NCBI GenBank assembly: GCA_965287045.1
Contig: OZ336878.1
Span: 31,868,001 to 31,932,000 of the forward strand
From: Carcharhinus amblyrhynchos
Taxonomy: Eukaryota
Reading direction: 5' to 3'
DNA length: 64,000 bases
Below, piece after piece: positions 35,444-48,299 of this stretch. The notes under the pieces are model-generated. The model was not told where the DNA came from, searched no databases, and was given only the letters and a program-made list of their open reading frames with translations. A program made the position numbers and the translations under genes. Positions within the stretch are counted from its first letter, which is position 1, and each line of letters starts with the position of its first letter.

Positions 35444-36877
35444 GGGGCTAAGATTACTACTACCAGGTCAGGTGCGCAAGGATGGAAGACTCCCTGGCTT
35501 CACAAACCTGGCCTTTAAAAGTGGCTGCCAGATGTCAGATTTATGATCCAGGAGAGCAAGCTAGATTAGAAACTGGAGTGGGTGACCTGGTAAGAAGTGG
35601 TGACTGTTGAGTGAGAAGGCAGGCTGGCTTTGACAGCATATCCAAAAATTAAAGATGATTAAAATGCTATCGTAGGTTTTTAACTTCCACTCATCAATAC
35701 AGAAGTAAAAAGGCCAAATACCAAAGAGAACAACAATCTAATGCCACATGAAAAGAGGGTGCTGATTCATTGACAAGTAGAATCTGATTAGTAGTCCCCC
35801 ATTGCTCTGTATCGCCCTATGCCAACCGATGCCTCTGTATCCACCCCCATGGCTCTTTATAGTCGCTCTGCCAACCAATTCCCATTCATCCACGCCCCCT
35901 GACCTTTTATAAGCCCCTTTGCCAATCCATGTCCCACCACCCCTTTGCCCGTAGACTTACCATGCCAGCTCATTATTCACCATGGACAGGTCTCAGGACT
36001 GATGCAGAGATAAGATAAAGTGAACTCATATAAAATAAAGTTCTCTGCACTTATTGCGGACTACAGTCTGCTTATAGATACATTCTCATTCATAAAAACC
36101 CAGTTACAATATTTGCATTCCTTCAACTAAATAAAGCCTTATAACAAATCTATCATTCAAGTGCAGAATCACCTAAACAACAAGCATGGGAATTCATAAC
36201 CCAACATCAAAGAGTCAATAACCACATCAAACTATGAAATGTAAGGGAACATATTTTGATAAAGAATGGTTATGATATCAGTCACGCAGCTCTAATCCAA
36301 TAATGGAAACTCCCAAGTTTGTATAAACAGAAAAGAGTGAAATTACAATGATAATTTTTAAAATTATGTCTGGACATTTTTTCAAAAACTTAAAGGGCTG
36401 GAAATTTAAATGCCACAATGGCTTGATAGCTCCCTTTGATGGGTTTGTTGACCGTTTCAATGAACTTGACAGTAAAGAGTTTATGCACTTTTTGCACACA
36501 TTTAAGTCTACTTATAACACCTTCAAAGGGCACCTGACCTCCATCAAAGAGCACCTTACCTTCCCCAAAGGTATCCTGAGACCAGATCCAAAGGGATGCC
36601 CAGACTATCTAAATTAATCCACCAAGCTCGGAATTGCTCTTACCTGGTATAATTTGGCATACTTCAAGTTTCAAGATCCCCCATTTCAGAGCAAGCAGTT
36701 GATGATTTAAATGACCAACCATCTCTGTAAACCATGCATGTGTGAAATGTGCCCTTTCCCTACTACTACCCCCACAAAAATGGGAAGTTCCATGTTAAAG
36801 GGTGGGAATTTTGATATTTGGGGATTTCTGCCGTTTTCACAACTGAGAGCTTCTCCATCCTGATGAAAATCCGGGCC
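35444..36877. mobile_element. Degenerate long non-autonomous TIR element
   Basis: Ends GGGGCTAAGATT ... GAAAATCCGGGCC. C-rich block at 35795-35985 resembles 15580-15720. Confidence 0.4.
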
Positions 36878-37434
36878 TGGCTTTTACCTTATTTTACTTC
36901 GTGCTCAACTATACAAGTGGAAATTTTTCTTTTGAAGTTATGGACTAGTCTTGTATTATACCAAAATCTTCTTTGAATACTTCTCACTATTTGACTGAGG
37001 GGAACATTTTCTCATTCTTTCAGAATTCACTTTCTTAAATTTGAAACCATGATTGTGGCGCTTGTTTTTTCCAGCTCAAATGCAATATCAAATTCAGTCA
37101 TATGATGGTTACTGCTCAGAAGATATTCCCTTATAATCAGATTGTTCACTAATTGTGGCTTGCAGCTGATCATTGAACCTAATATCGTCTTATTCCTAGA
37201 TGGGCCTAAAACCTCTTGTTCTAGAAATTGATTGCCTTTGCTATCTGAGACATTCTGCTTCTCCTAATCTAAGTGGGAATTAAAAACTTCCTTTAAAAAC
37301 CACATTGTTTCTGTTACAAGGATCCCTGATCTCCATACTTATGCAACCCTACATCAATACTGTCAGAAAATTTGTAGACAATTCCAACCAAGATTTGCAT
37401 CTGTTTACAGAATTAGAATACCTGCATGCATAGT

Positions 37435-38035
37435 AAATACTCAGCATGTGTAGCAGCGTCTGTGGACAGAGAGACAGAGTTAGTGTTTTAGGTCTGATCC
37501 TCCATCAGAACTGGGAGAAGTTAGAGATGTAATAGGTTTTGAGCAAGGAACGGAGAAGGATGAGAAAAGAATGAAAGCGAAGGTCTCTGTTAAGGTGGAA
37601 AACATAAGAGGTTAGATAACCAAAGAGTTCATGGTTCGTGACCACGTAAAGAAAGAAAAAGTGTCCAAAACAAATATGAATGCCAGGATCATGATTAGTT
37701 ATTATCTGGGAATAAAGAAAAGAAGAAAGAAGAGAGAAACAAGAGAGAAAAAAGGAAACGAAATGAGGTAATAGTTACATTATAAAATTGTTGAAATCAG
37801 TGTTGAGCCCAGGTTTAAATCGAAGGATGGAATGCTGTTTGTTTAGCCTCTTTGGGATATTTCAGGAGGCCAAAGGTGGGAAGGTCAGAGACGAAAGATG
37901 GAAAAGTGAGTGGAACTCAGGATCATATTTGATGACTGAATAGAAACGTTTGAGAGAGTGATCACCCAGTCTTGGTTTGGTCTTCCCATTGTAGAGGTCA
38001 CATCATAAATAACAAATACGGTATAATAAATTGAA
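37435..38035 (-). mobile_element. Old Penelope-like element: GIY-YIG remnant plus pseudo-LTR
   Basis: Reverse complement of about 37965-38035 (aatttattataccgtatttgttatt...ctctacaatgggaagaccaaac) resembles a decayed NLVYCI.C..C..LYIGETKR. Pseudo-LTR at 37435-37520. Confidence 0.55.
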
Positions 38036-38329
38036 AGACTCAATTCAAACTGATGTTGCTGTGGTCACAGTGCAGATTGTGGACTGCTATACAATCACAG
38101 TGCCACACTTCAGCCGCTTGCATTCTGTCCTTTCATGCTGCGCGTACTTCACTGGTTGTTCACCTTACTGGATTCCTTTCTTTGCATTGTTCTTTTCACT
38201 TGGCTGTAATTTTGTCTTTTATCAATATTGGTATTCTTTCTCCATTCCCAATTTTTCTCTCATTCCTAATGATCCTACAACCTGCTTAATCTTGCCCCAT
38301 AAGCCAAACTCCTCCTCCTGGCAAGCAGA

Positions 38330-39045
38330 GTAAACCTTCTTTGAACTATTTCCAATGCAAGTATGTTCTGCAAGATAAGTAAAATGTCTCTCCTTGTACA
38401 TTTGTAGCCACTTTTATATTACTCCACCTTTGCAATTAAACCAACATTTCATTTACCTTCTTACTTACTTGCTGTACCTGTATTGTGATTCATGTACAAG
38501 GACACCCAGGACCCTCTGTACTGCAGCACTCTGTCCCCGCTTTCCATTTAAATTAATGTACTGCTTTTCTTCCTGCCAAAGTGGGCAACCCCATATTTTC
38601 CCACATTGTACTCCATCTGCCAAATTTTGTCCAGTTACTTAACTTGTCTATGTCGCTATACAAACTTTTTGTATCCCCCCGACAACTTGCTATCCCATCT
38701 ATCATCAGAAAATTTGGCTGTGATATAGTCAGTCCCTTTCATTCCAGACTTTAGTATAGACTGTAAATAGTTGAGGCCCTTTTGGCACTAGTTATCGTTT
38801 GTCTTCTTGAAAATGATGAATTTATCTCAGCTCTCTGTTTTCTGATAGTTAGTCAATTCTATATCCATGCCAATATATCAGCCCAATATATCTTGTGTAG
38901 TAACCCTTTATATGGCACCTTATTCAATGTCTTTCAGAAATACAAATATACTGTATCTACTGATTCCCCGTTATCAACCCTGCTTGTTACATCCTCAAAG
39001 AACTCTAATACATTTGTCAAACACAGTTTCCCTTTCACAAAATAA
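38330..39045 (-). mobile_element. Old CR1 RT fragment
   Basis: Minus ORF 38934-39149 includes QHYFVKGKLCLTNVLEFFEDVTSRVDNGESVDTVYL. Confidence 0.85.
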
Positions 39046-40027
39046 TGTTGATCCTGAGTCACATGGCAGAATCTTCCATTCTGGAGCCTGATGGCAGGCG
39101 GGAAAGACAGCATGATTCCTGTTGGGTGGCAGGATGGTTGGATGCACAAATCTTCTACTGTTCAGTTCATTAATTACGTATCCCTGAGGAATTTGGCTGT
39201 GTGGGTAGGAAATGACCAGCCCCGCTGTTACTGCATTGGGCTCAAGATCAAGCGTCATTTTTAAAGGGCATCCAGACAGTTATTCACTCAGCACAAGCCA
39301 GGAACTCTGCTTTACTCCTCCAGAGTACTTGCAGCTGCACCCCGCACTGGAGAAGCAGGCAGATGTGAGTAACCACATCATGGGACATCTGAGGCACCTC
39401 TGGCAGTGCCTTCCACTTATCCTAGATGAGAGCAATATATCCATGTTTGCCAGCAGCTTAATTATCTAGAGGCACCACTGCTTCTTGTTGTTCAGGCCCT
39501 TGCTCCTACTGGCCCTATGCCAACCTGTGATGGACCCCATCCTCCTTATCTGGATGGGAACTGTTAACAAGGCAGAGTTGCCTGCAGCCTGCATCATCAA
39601 CACTTCAATGGATTGTGAACAAATTCAAGTGATACTTTTAGTCAACATGACCTTTACAGGTTTCTCTCTATTTGAAACCCAGTGCCAAATTAAATTCTAC
39701 CCTCTACCATGATTCTAACTGTTTGCACAAAGATTCTGCCCACAGAATTTCTGGCTTAATTATTCATGCAGATGGAGAGGCTTTCTGTGTTTTGAGAATG
39801 CCTTCAATGGCCAGAATACAGAAGTTCTGCCCTGAAACCTAACTCCCACCATTTTTACAGTTCTGGGAATGCAGGACCAGTCAATTTTTGCACATCTATG
39901 GTTCATGGAGGCCGTTGCACGTGTTAAAGTGTAGTTGCTTTCAGTTTGATGTAACTTTTGCAAGGAAGCAGCAGGAAATAATGATGTGTGCACTCTATAT
40001 TTGATAGAAGAAGGCCTAAACTTACTG

Positions 40028-40361
40028 AACATAAGAACATAAGAAATAGGAGCAGGAGTAGGCCATCTAGCCCTTCGAGCCTGCCCCGCCATTCAATAAG
40101 ATCATGGCTGATCTGACGTAGATCAATTCCACTTTCCCGCTTTCTCCCCATAACCCTTAATTCCCCTGTCTATCAGAAACCTATCTACCTTGATGTAAAT
40201 ATATTCAGCGAGGTAGCGTCCACCACTTCAATGGGCAGAGGATTCCAGAAATTCACCACCCATTGAGTGAAGAAGTTCCTCCTCAACTCTGATCTAAACT
40301 GCACCCCCCCCCTTATCTTGAGGCTGTGCCCTCTAGTCCTGCTATCCTTTCTAAGCGGGAG
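40028..40361 (-). mobile_element. Relatively young CR1 3' fragment
   Basis: aacataagaacataagaaataggagcaggagtaggccatctagcccttcgag is the reverse complement of the 14500-14570 type 3' UTR. Confidence 0.92.
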
Positions 40362-40662
40362 TTTGGAGAGGTAAGGAACCTTTTTGCATATGATCCAGGG
40401 ACAATTTTAGAAGGGGCCAGGTGCCCTTAGGATGAAATCAAGTGCCCTTCGGGATTGTTAAAAGTGGGCATCAATATGCATAAAAAAACGATAAACTCAT
40501 TGGAGTGTCAAGCTGATTGGAACTGTCAAGGAGTCAAGCTGTCAAGTCATTTAACTCTTCTGCCCTTTAAATATTTGTTTAAAAAAACTGTCTGCAGCGT
40601 TGAATAAAATCAATGCTTGCTATTTCACTCTAAGCATTAACATAATTGATCAAGCAATGACT

Positions 40663-40951
40663 GGCACAGTGGCACACTAGTTAGCATGCTGCCTCACAGC
40701 ACCAGGGATCTAGTTTCAATTCTGGCCTTGGGTGACTGTATGGAGTTTGCACTCTGTGTCCGAGCGGATTTTCTTTGGGTGCTTCGGTTTCTGGCTTCAC
40801 AGTCCATAGATGTGCAGGTGGATTGACCATTCTAAATTATCCCTCAGTGTCCCAAAGTGTATAGATTAGGGGAATTAGAGAGGTAAATGCCTGGAGTTAT
40901 AGGGACAGAATGGCCTCCCTCTGTACTGTAGGGATTCTAGATTCTATGATT
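40663..40951 (+). mobile_element. Near-full-length HE1/V-SINE
   Basis: tRNA-like head ggcacagtggcacactagttagcatgctgcctcacagc, V-domain, tail ctgtagggattctagattctatgatt. Confidence 0.85.
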
Positions 40952-41154
40952 AACGTGAAAGTATCATTAGCACAACAGGGTGCCTGTCATAGTTTAATTG
41001 ACAGCTCCAACTCTTGGAGTGGGAATATGAATTAAAGTGCTTGTTCTTATGAAACATAAATGGAAATTAAATGTAATCAATGGGTTTCTATTACTGGGAG
41101 CAAATTTTTAAAAAATAGTGAATTCATCAATAGCCATTGAAGAACTTGAAGATA

Positions 41155-41359
41155 AAAGCAAAATAGTACAGGTGCTAGAATCTGAAACAAAAACAGAAAA
41201 TGTTGGAACATCTCAGCAGGCCCAACAACATCTGTGGAGAGAGAGTAGCCAGGTCATCATGACTCAAAATGTTGGCTCTATTCTTGAGTCAGGATGACCC
41301 TGACTACTCTCCACCTATGCTGTCAGGCCTGCCGAGATTTGCCAGCATTTTCTGTTTTT
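41155..41359. mobile_element. Fold-back Penelope pseudo-LTR remnant (about 80-bp imperfect inverted repeat)
   Basis: 41189-41270 aligns with the reverse complement of 41280-41359. Confidence 0.75.
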
Positions 41360-41543
41360 GTGACTGAAGAATTTTATTTAATTAATGGTCCTGATGTCTG
41401 CTCATGGTAGATACTGGATAAATTAGCATGAAGGGTGCAAGGACAAAGGGTAGTAATGTAGTAGGGGGCATGGGCAGGTTGGCATGAGTTGACACTCAAC
41501 TGACATTAGGGCTATAAAGGCCCACGGGTCTGGACAGAGATGT

Positions 41544-41857
41544 ATGGAATCAAATAATTCATAGAAGGAGGCCATTTGGCCCATCGAGTCTGCACTGACC
41601 ACAGTCCCACCCAGGCCCTGTTCCCGTAACTCCACACATTTACCCTGCTAATCCCCCTGACACGAGAGTCAACTTAGTGTGGCCAATCCACCTAACCTGC
41701 ACATCTTTGGACTGTGGGAGGAAACCGGAGCATCTGCAGGAAACCCACGCAAACACAGGGAGAATGTGCAAACTTCACAGATAGTGACCAGGGCTGGAAT
41801 TGAACCTGGGTTCCTGGCACTGTGAGACAGCAGTGCTAATCACTGTGCCACCATGGC
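41544..41857 (-). mobile_element. Full-length HE1/V-SINE
   Basis: Reverse complement has tggcacagtgattagcactgctgtctcacag, B box ggttcaattcc, V-domain and a CR1-like tail. Confidence 0.9.
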
Positions 41858-42962
41858 AATCCCCTATGGGTTGGCATATGGGATATAAAGAGCCATGATG
41901 GAGGTCAGAGGTTAGCATAGAAATCATAAAGATCAATAAGGGCATGGTGGAGGAGCATAGGTTAGCACAGATGGCATGAACAGCTGTGGAAATTGGGTAG
42001 AGGGACGTAGGTTAGCATGGGACCATGAGATGACAGGGTTGGCATGGAATGGGGATTGTATATGTGAGGAGGGAGTATGGTGAGGAAGGGTGAGGGCTGT
42101 TTTTTGGTTTTATTCTTTGTTTTGTTGCAGTGCCAGAGTACCAAGGCAAGCCTTTGCACTCAGCCACACTTGTGCTACCTATGAACTGTTTCCAGGGCAG
42201 CAGGCCTGACTCCCATTTCACCCCACATCCCACTTCTCCTGCCATTCTTCCACCCAACCCGCCCACCCCGCTGCCAACTATCCATGGCACTTTTTCCCAG
42301 GTCAGGTTTGTGGAGTCAAACATTATCCTGACTGTGTTCCTGACCTGGGAGTGAAAATTCAGGCCTCTGTTTCCATACATATTTGACTCTCGGTTTTCAC
42401 GGCTGTATCTTTCTTTCATTCGTTGTACAGTAGGTGTTTATTTTATCTTTTTCTGGAGCTAAATTATTCACCTCTAATGCTAAATGTAGATTATTCATTG
42501 AATTTATTTAGATTTGTTCTAGGTGCCTTTATTGCTCAGTTTAATTTAATTAACTTTTTTTTATCTTATTAAGATCACTTTTTATTTAAATTTGATTATT
42601 TACTTAAACCTACCAGTTAGGTTTTTGCCCATGAATTTTACTTATTAATTTCTATTTATTTTTAATGTAGTAGCTGCAAGGTCCACAAGGCACCTCAAAC
42701 TTAAATTGGCTGCTAATTAGCCATGCATCTCTGTACTGGCAGGGATGACCTCACAGAATGGGAGCTCACTGTTTAAAAAGGTGCAATTCTCCTGGGTTGT
42801 TAGCAGCGACACCTGGGAGATTCATGTTCCATTCTTCATGAGAATGCACTGCAGGTCAGATGAAATTGTTCCATGGGCCATATGTTTGACACCATGGTCT
42901 ACACCAGATATCTTCACTGACATTTTGAGCTTACAATTAACACCAATCTTGTGAGTCTACTT

Positions 42963-43285
42963 AAAGTTTAAAGTTTTCAAAGTTTATTTACTGGTGTCAT
43001 AAGTAGGCTTACATTAACACTGCAATGAAGTTACCATTAAAAATCCCTAGTCGCCACAAATCTGGCACCTGTTCGGGTACAGTCAGGGAGAATTTAGCAT
43101 GGTCACTGCACCTAATCAGCATGTCTTTCAGACTGTGGAAGGAAACCGGAGCACTAGGAGGAAACCCATGAAGACATGGAGAGAACATGCAAATTCCACA
43201 CAGACAGTGACCCAAGCCAGGAGTTGAACCCAGGTCCCTGGTGCTGTGAGACAACAGTGCTAACTACTGTGCCACTGTGCCATCC
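42963..43285 (-). mobile_element. Full-length V-SINE variant
   Basis: Head, B box ggttcaactcc, V-domain and tail aagcctacttatgacaccagtaaataaactt. Confidence 0.9.
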
Positions 43286-44208
43286 AAGTATGATTGAGCA
43301 AAGTGTTCTTTTTTTCTGGACTTTCTCCTTCTCAAACATGATAATAAACAGATCCAATCTTTATCTTTTGCTGAGTCCATTTTGGAATCCCAACCAAATA
43401 GGAATTCTGGTGTTTCCCTCCCTGCCTCGCAGTCTGATTATTTTTCACTGACACTGCACAATCCATGTCAGATGTTATGGGCTCATTATTATAATTGAGA
43501 GTGTGCCTGACCCAAGGTGATTACAGATCGCCTGCATCCAGTGCAAATTGAGAGGATCTCAAATAAAATTCTCACATTCTTGCAACTTTCATTTAATTGA
43601 TTTTAGAGGTGAGGTTCACTTTAAATTAGTGTAGTTCATTCTTTGGTGCAAAAATCAAATACACACTAATGCCCACTGTAACAGATGTTTTACTTTTAAG
43701 TGCATGAAAGATTTACAGATTTATGTTGTATTAGTGACTCTTGTTAATATCCAAAGTACAATATGCTCCTGGCAGGGCCAAATGTTTTCTCCACTCTTTT
43801 ATATTCTCTGGCTTTCTCTCTGCTAAAGCTTTAAAAATGGTTCTGAGTGATCAAAATAATTTTTTTCACTACACTTCAGGCAGAATGTGACTGGGTTCCA
43901 TCTGTTAGAAACCTATTCCTGACTTCCTCCGGCAGTCTCGAATTCAAATACATCCATTATGTACAGGTATTTGAGGTAGTTTATATTAGATTGATTTATA
44001 ACAAACAAATTTCTATATTGAAATCTCAATTGTTCAGAAAGTGATCATTATCAGTCACAGTCTGCATGTATAACGGATTCTGATTAATTTTAAGGAGCAG
44101 TTACTGGACTATTAAAATGTTGCCCTAAAAATTATAATTGAAGCTAATTTTATTGTATTAGTACCTGTTGTTTCTAATCCCTGTGATTTTTAAAGTACTT
44201 TTCATTAT

Positions 44209-44569
44209 GGGACGACATGGTGGCAGTGCACATCACTGCCTCACAGTACCAGGGATCTGGATTCGATTCCAGCCTTATATGACTGTCTGTGTGGAGTTTG
44301 CACATTTTCCCCGTGTTTGCATGAGTTTCCTCTAGGTGCTAGGTTTTATCTCACAGTCCAAAGATGTGCAGGGTAGGTGGATTTGCCATGCTAAATGGCC
44401 CTTTACTCTCCCAAGACATGTAGGTTAGAGGCGATTGAAGATAAATGCGTGGAGTTACGCGGATAGGGCAGGGAGTTTGCCTGGGTGAGATGCTGTCAGA
44501 GAGTTAGTGCAGACTCGATGGGCCAAATGGCCTCCTTCTGAGCTGTAGGGATTCTGTGCTACTACGATT
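44209..44569 (+). mobile_element. Full-length HE1/V-SINE
   Basis: B box gattcgattcc, V-domain gtgtggagtttgcacattttccccgtg, tail gatgggccaaatggcctccttctgagctgtagggattct. Confidence 0.9.
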
Positions 44570-46624
44570 TCAATAACTCATGGGAAGGATGAGCACCAAT
44601 TTACAAAATATATGATACTTTGTGAGGACAGAGGAATCGAGGGTTCAAGACCCGAATGTTTTCCTCCCATCTCTCACATCGAATTCTTTTCTTAGTACTC
44701 TGAGACCCTAGTGTCACTGCTTCCAATTGCTGCCAGAGGTTTGCAACATCTCACATAGTGCTTGCAGGTTAGATGCTCTACCACCCAACCAACCAATTAC
44801 AGTATTTCACAGGACTGCTATCCCAATACTTCCACTTTCTACCTTGCCCCTCCCAGTGATCTCCCTTCCCTGTATTTCTCATGTCCCAGGATTTCCCTCA
44901 CAGGCTGTCAAAGGTTGGGATTTCCACCCAGAAGAGAAAAACAGTTTGGATCAGTCTTCTTCTTTCCCTGTTTTACTGTTTCTTACTTCTGGGTCTGCAT
45001 CCAGTGATCCTAAAATCTGGACCACTCTCCAAATGCTGCCACAGTCTTCCCAGTGCTACGACAACATGGTTCTCCCTGCATTTCCACATTCCATCACCCT
45101 CCTATCAAGCCTTTACAACACTGTTGTACCATTGCCTGCTACTTTATCATCCAGAGTGCTCTTCATGACTCCCACAATCCAAAAATTGAACTTCCCTTCA
45201 ACCCAATATCTTCCTCTCGTAAATCTAGCTGCGAGTATTTGATCCTGAAATTGGAAACGTATTCCGTTACCAAGCAAACATTCTAAACTGAAGGGTACCC
45301 TCCCCTGAAGAACATAATGACAAGAGTTTTGCAGAAATTCCTTTCATTATATAGTTTACATGTGCACTTCCTGGACTAATTGTAACACATCGCTTCACAC
45401 ATGTCTGTTGAATAACAACTGAAATTTAAATGGGAAGAAATACATTTTTAAAAAATTGGCAGTGGGAGTGAATTTTGCATAGCTTTTGCACTAATGGGTG
45501 CTTCTTTTCAAGAGACAAAGAAAGTTTTGGTGTGATTTTTCATCATTATTGACTTTTCTCTGCATTAGTATCGGAGTCTCCTGTTGGCGACAGGGTGAAC
45601 TGAAGTTAGAGCAACTGTGCAGTGCCCTACAGTGGAAAGAGACAAACTCAGTTTCTAATACCCATGATTTGCATTAGCACAGGGATAACACTGATCAGAA
45701 AATAAGGGAGAAGAGATAAAGAGACTTCTCAAATGCATTCCTGTGCATTTCCTTGTACTTCAGTCAAATAGTGGCAGTGATTTTGCACCAAACAACCCTC
45801 TGCGTAGCACATTTTCAAAGAACTGTAAAAGAGATAAGACAAGAAAATTATGTGCTTGATTTTAAATGGCCCCAGAAATGTGTTTGCTATGCAAGAAGCT
45901 AGAAAATAATAGTTTCCTTAGATAACCTTTTTTACAAACATCTCAAAAATTTAACAAATGCCTTAAGATTCCTATATTCTTACCTACATCTCTCCGGTTC
46001 CACCAGCTACATTTTCCTGAAATATCTACTCCCCCTTCAAGGTACTTGATTTTCCATTTCAACCATTCCCAACTTTTCAATACTTTACCTATATCCTTTT
46101 ATCGCTATTTTTGTTTTTTTGCACCAGCCTGCATTTCTATCCATTACTGCCTTTCTTCAGCCATCGTGGTGTACCTCATGCTGACTTCTACATCCGTCAA
46201 AATTGCATGCTCACTCTTTCCCTGGCTGAAAATACATTGTGTTTTCACAGTAGCGGGGCTTCATAATCCACAAGCAATCTAAAATCACAAAATAATTATG
46301 AAGGCCATTCTCAATTTATTCGTCCAGCATAATCCTAGCATTGATTTAATGTAGAATTAATTATCTTAATGATCTCATGGTTTTAGTCTCCACACCTTTT
46401 TTCATTCTGGGGATGTGGGAGTTGTTGTCAAAGTCGACGTTTATTGTCCTTCCTTGTATTTGATTGGCCTTCAAGGCTATTTGATAGAGGTGTTCAAAAG
46501 GTTTAATAGAAATATTCAAATTATGAAGGGTCTGCACAAAGTAGACAAGGGTCCAACCTTTGTGGCTGTTCGTACAGGTGGAATCTTGTGGTCAGGCTAA
46601 CAGTGCATCCATGCCATGGGTTTA

Positions 46625-46775
46625 AGAACATAAGAACATGAGAACATAAGAAATAGGAGCAGGAGTAGGCCAACTAGCCCTTCGAGCCTGCCCCGCCATT
46701 CAATAAGATCATGGCTGATCTGTCGTGGCTCAGTTCCACATTCCCGCCCTCTCCCCATAACCCTTAATCCCCTCT
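46625..46775 (-). mobile_element. Young CR1 extreme 3' end with an 8-bp tail repeat
   Basis: (aagaacat)x3 followed by aagaaataggagcaggagtaggcc. Same subfamily as 21979-22722. Confidence 0.9.
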
Positions 46776-47359
46776 CCCCATTGACAGTGGCAGGACCAGA
46801 AGATCCCGCCATTAGCCAATGGCGCGTTGCCTCCTGCCATGATAAAAATTCCACAGGAAGGCTAGAGAATCCCACCTAAGGACAGTAGCTTCACCTGTTG
46901 CTCAAATTTACAAGACACTTTGTTTACTACTTGCATATCTAATTAATTTCTTAATTTCACCTATTCTGATTTTACCTCCCTCCCACTTTGTTGTCAACCA
47001 GATTTGACCACTTCGTATTGAGTTTCTGAATTCACTCATTTATGTAAATTAGATATGGTGGTGGTCCCAGCATTGAGAAGGCACTCCACTCCCTTCATCC
47101 AACATGAATCCTCTCAACAAATGCTCATTGTCTCATATCCTTTACCTAGACTCTTTTCCATTGACTCCTTCATAATCATTGTCAGCATGTCAAAACCCTC
47201 TTGCTCAGTTTTTCTCAGCAATCAGACTAAATATTGCTCACCTCTAGCGATGTAGTTGCTTTGAGTGCATTATACATGATTAGAACTAGACATTTGTAAT
47301 GAATTTATCAATTTTTACTTGCAATATTTTTGGGGAGGCTATTTTGTAAACAAATAACA

Positions 47360-47585
47360 AAGAAAAGTACAACACAGGGACAGGCCATTGAGCACACCAA
47401 GTCTGTCCCGAGCATAATGCCCTAACTAAGCTCAAAAAAAACTTTCTGTCCTTACTCAGTCCATTCCTCTATTCCCTCGCTATTCATTTATCCATCGAGA
47501 TACCTCTTAGATGTTGCTAATGTGCCTACTAGCACCACCTCCTCTGGCAGCATGTTCCAGGCATTCATTACTTTCTGTGTGAAAA
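47360..47585 (-). mobile_element. CR1 3' fragment
   Basis: aacaaagaaaagtacaacacagggacaggcc...accacctcctctggcagcatgttccaggc. Confidence 0.7.
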
Positions 47586-47778
47586 CGTGTTTTGAACATT
47601 TAGAGGAGATATTTCTTCTGAATATTTATTATTTTGTGCTCATCCTCAGTTTCAAACCCTCGTGCGGCTTTTTTTGATTATTACCTCTTCTCTTACTGCC
47701 ATCTTCTTATGGTACTCAAAGATTTTATTTTACTATTGTACTTGTTCTCTGAGCAAGATCCCTCTTTTCCACACTTAA

Positions 47779-48110
47779 GGCCAGATTTTACCATCAGGTC
47801 GTGCCATTTTCGGGCGTGAAAACTTGGTAAAGTTGGGCGTGATGCGAGTCGTGCAATTTGCGCCTGTCTCTACCCCGGTTCGTGCTTTACCAAGGCCTGA
47901 AATGGGTGGGATGGCTATGTAAATGCATTTGCTTGCATTTAAATTGACTTAATGGGCTGCACGCCCAACATTACCGGCACTTTCCCCTTTACCACTGCGT
48001 TCGCCCATCCAGATTTGGCACGAAACACACATGCTCTACAAAAGTCCGATTCAGGCACTCTGGTTAGTGAGGAGGTAAATGCTGAGCATCTGATGGCTCT
48101 TTGCTTGAGA
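47779..48110. mobile_element. One end of a CpG-rich TIR (Harbinger-like) element
   Basis: Starts GGCCAGATTTTACC after TAA, with internal ggtaaa/tttacc subrepeats. It stops near the (TG)n tract. Confidence 0.45.
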
Positions 48111-48123
48111 TTGTTGTCTGTGC

Positions 48124-48124
<1 letters not shown>

Positions 48125-48193
<69 letters not shown>
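48125..48193. repeat. (TG)n microsatellite, about 34 units
   Basis: Uninterrupted TG run. Confidence 0.98.
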
Positions 48194-48194
<1 letters not shown>

Positions 48195-48299
48195 GGGGGG
48201 GTTGCCATCTGCTTGTGATCAGTGAGAGGAAAGGTGATTATGGGTATAAATTGCAAATGTTATTAACTCTTCAAGTTGTAGTAAACACGAAGAAAAATA

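Noticed and set aside
44727-45242. 171-aa ORF
   Set aside because: TTG start, pyrimidine-biased low-information sequence, no recognisable domain or exon boundaries.
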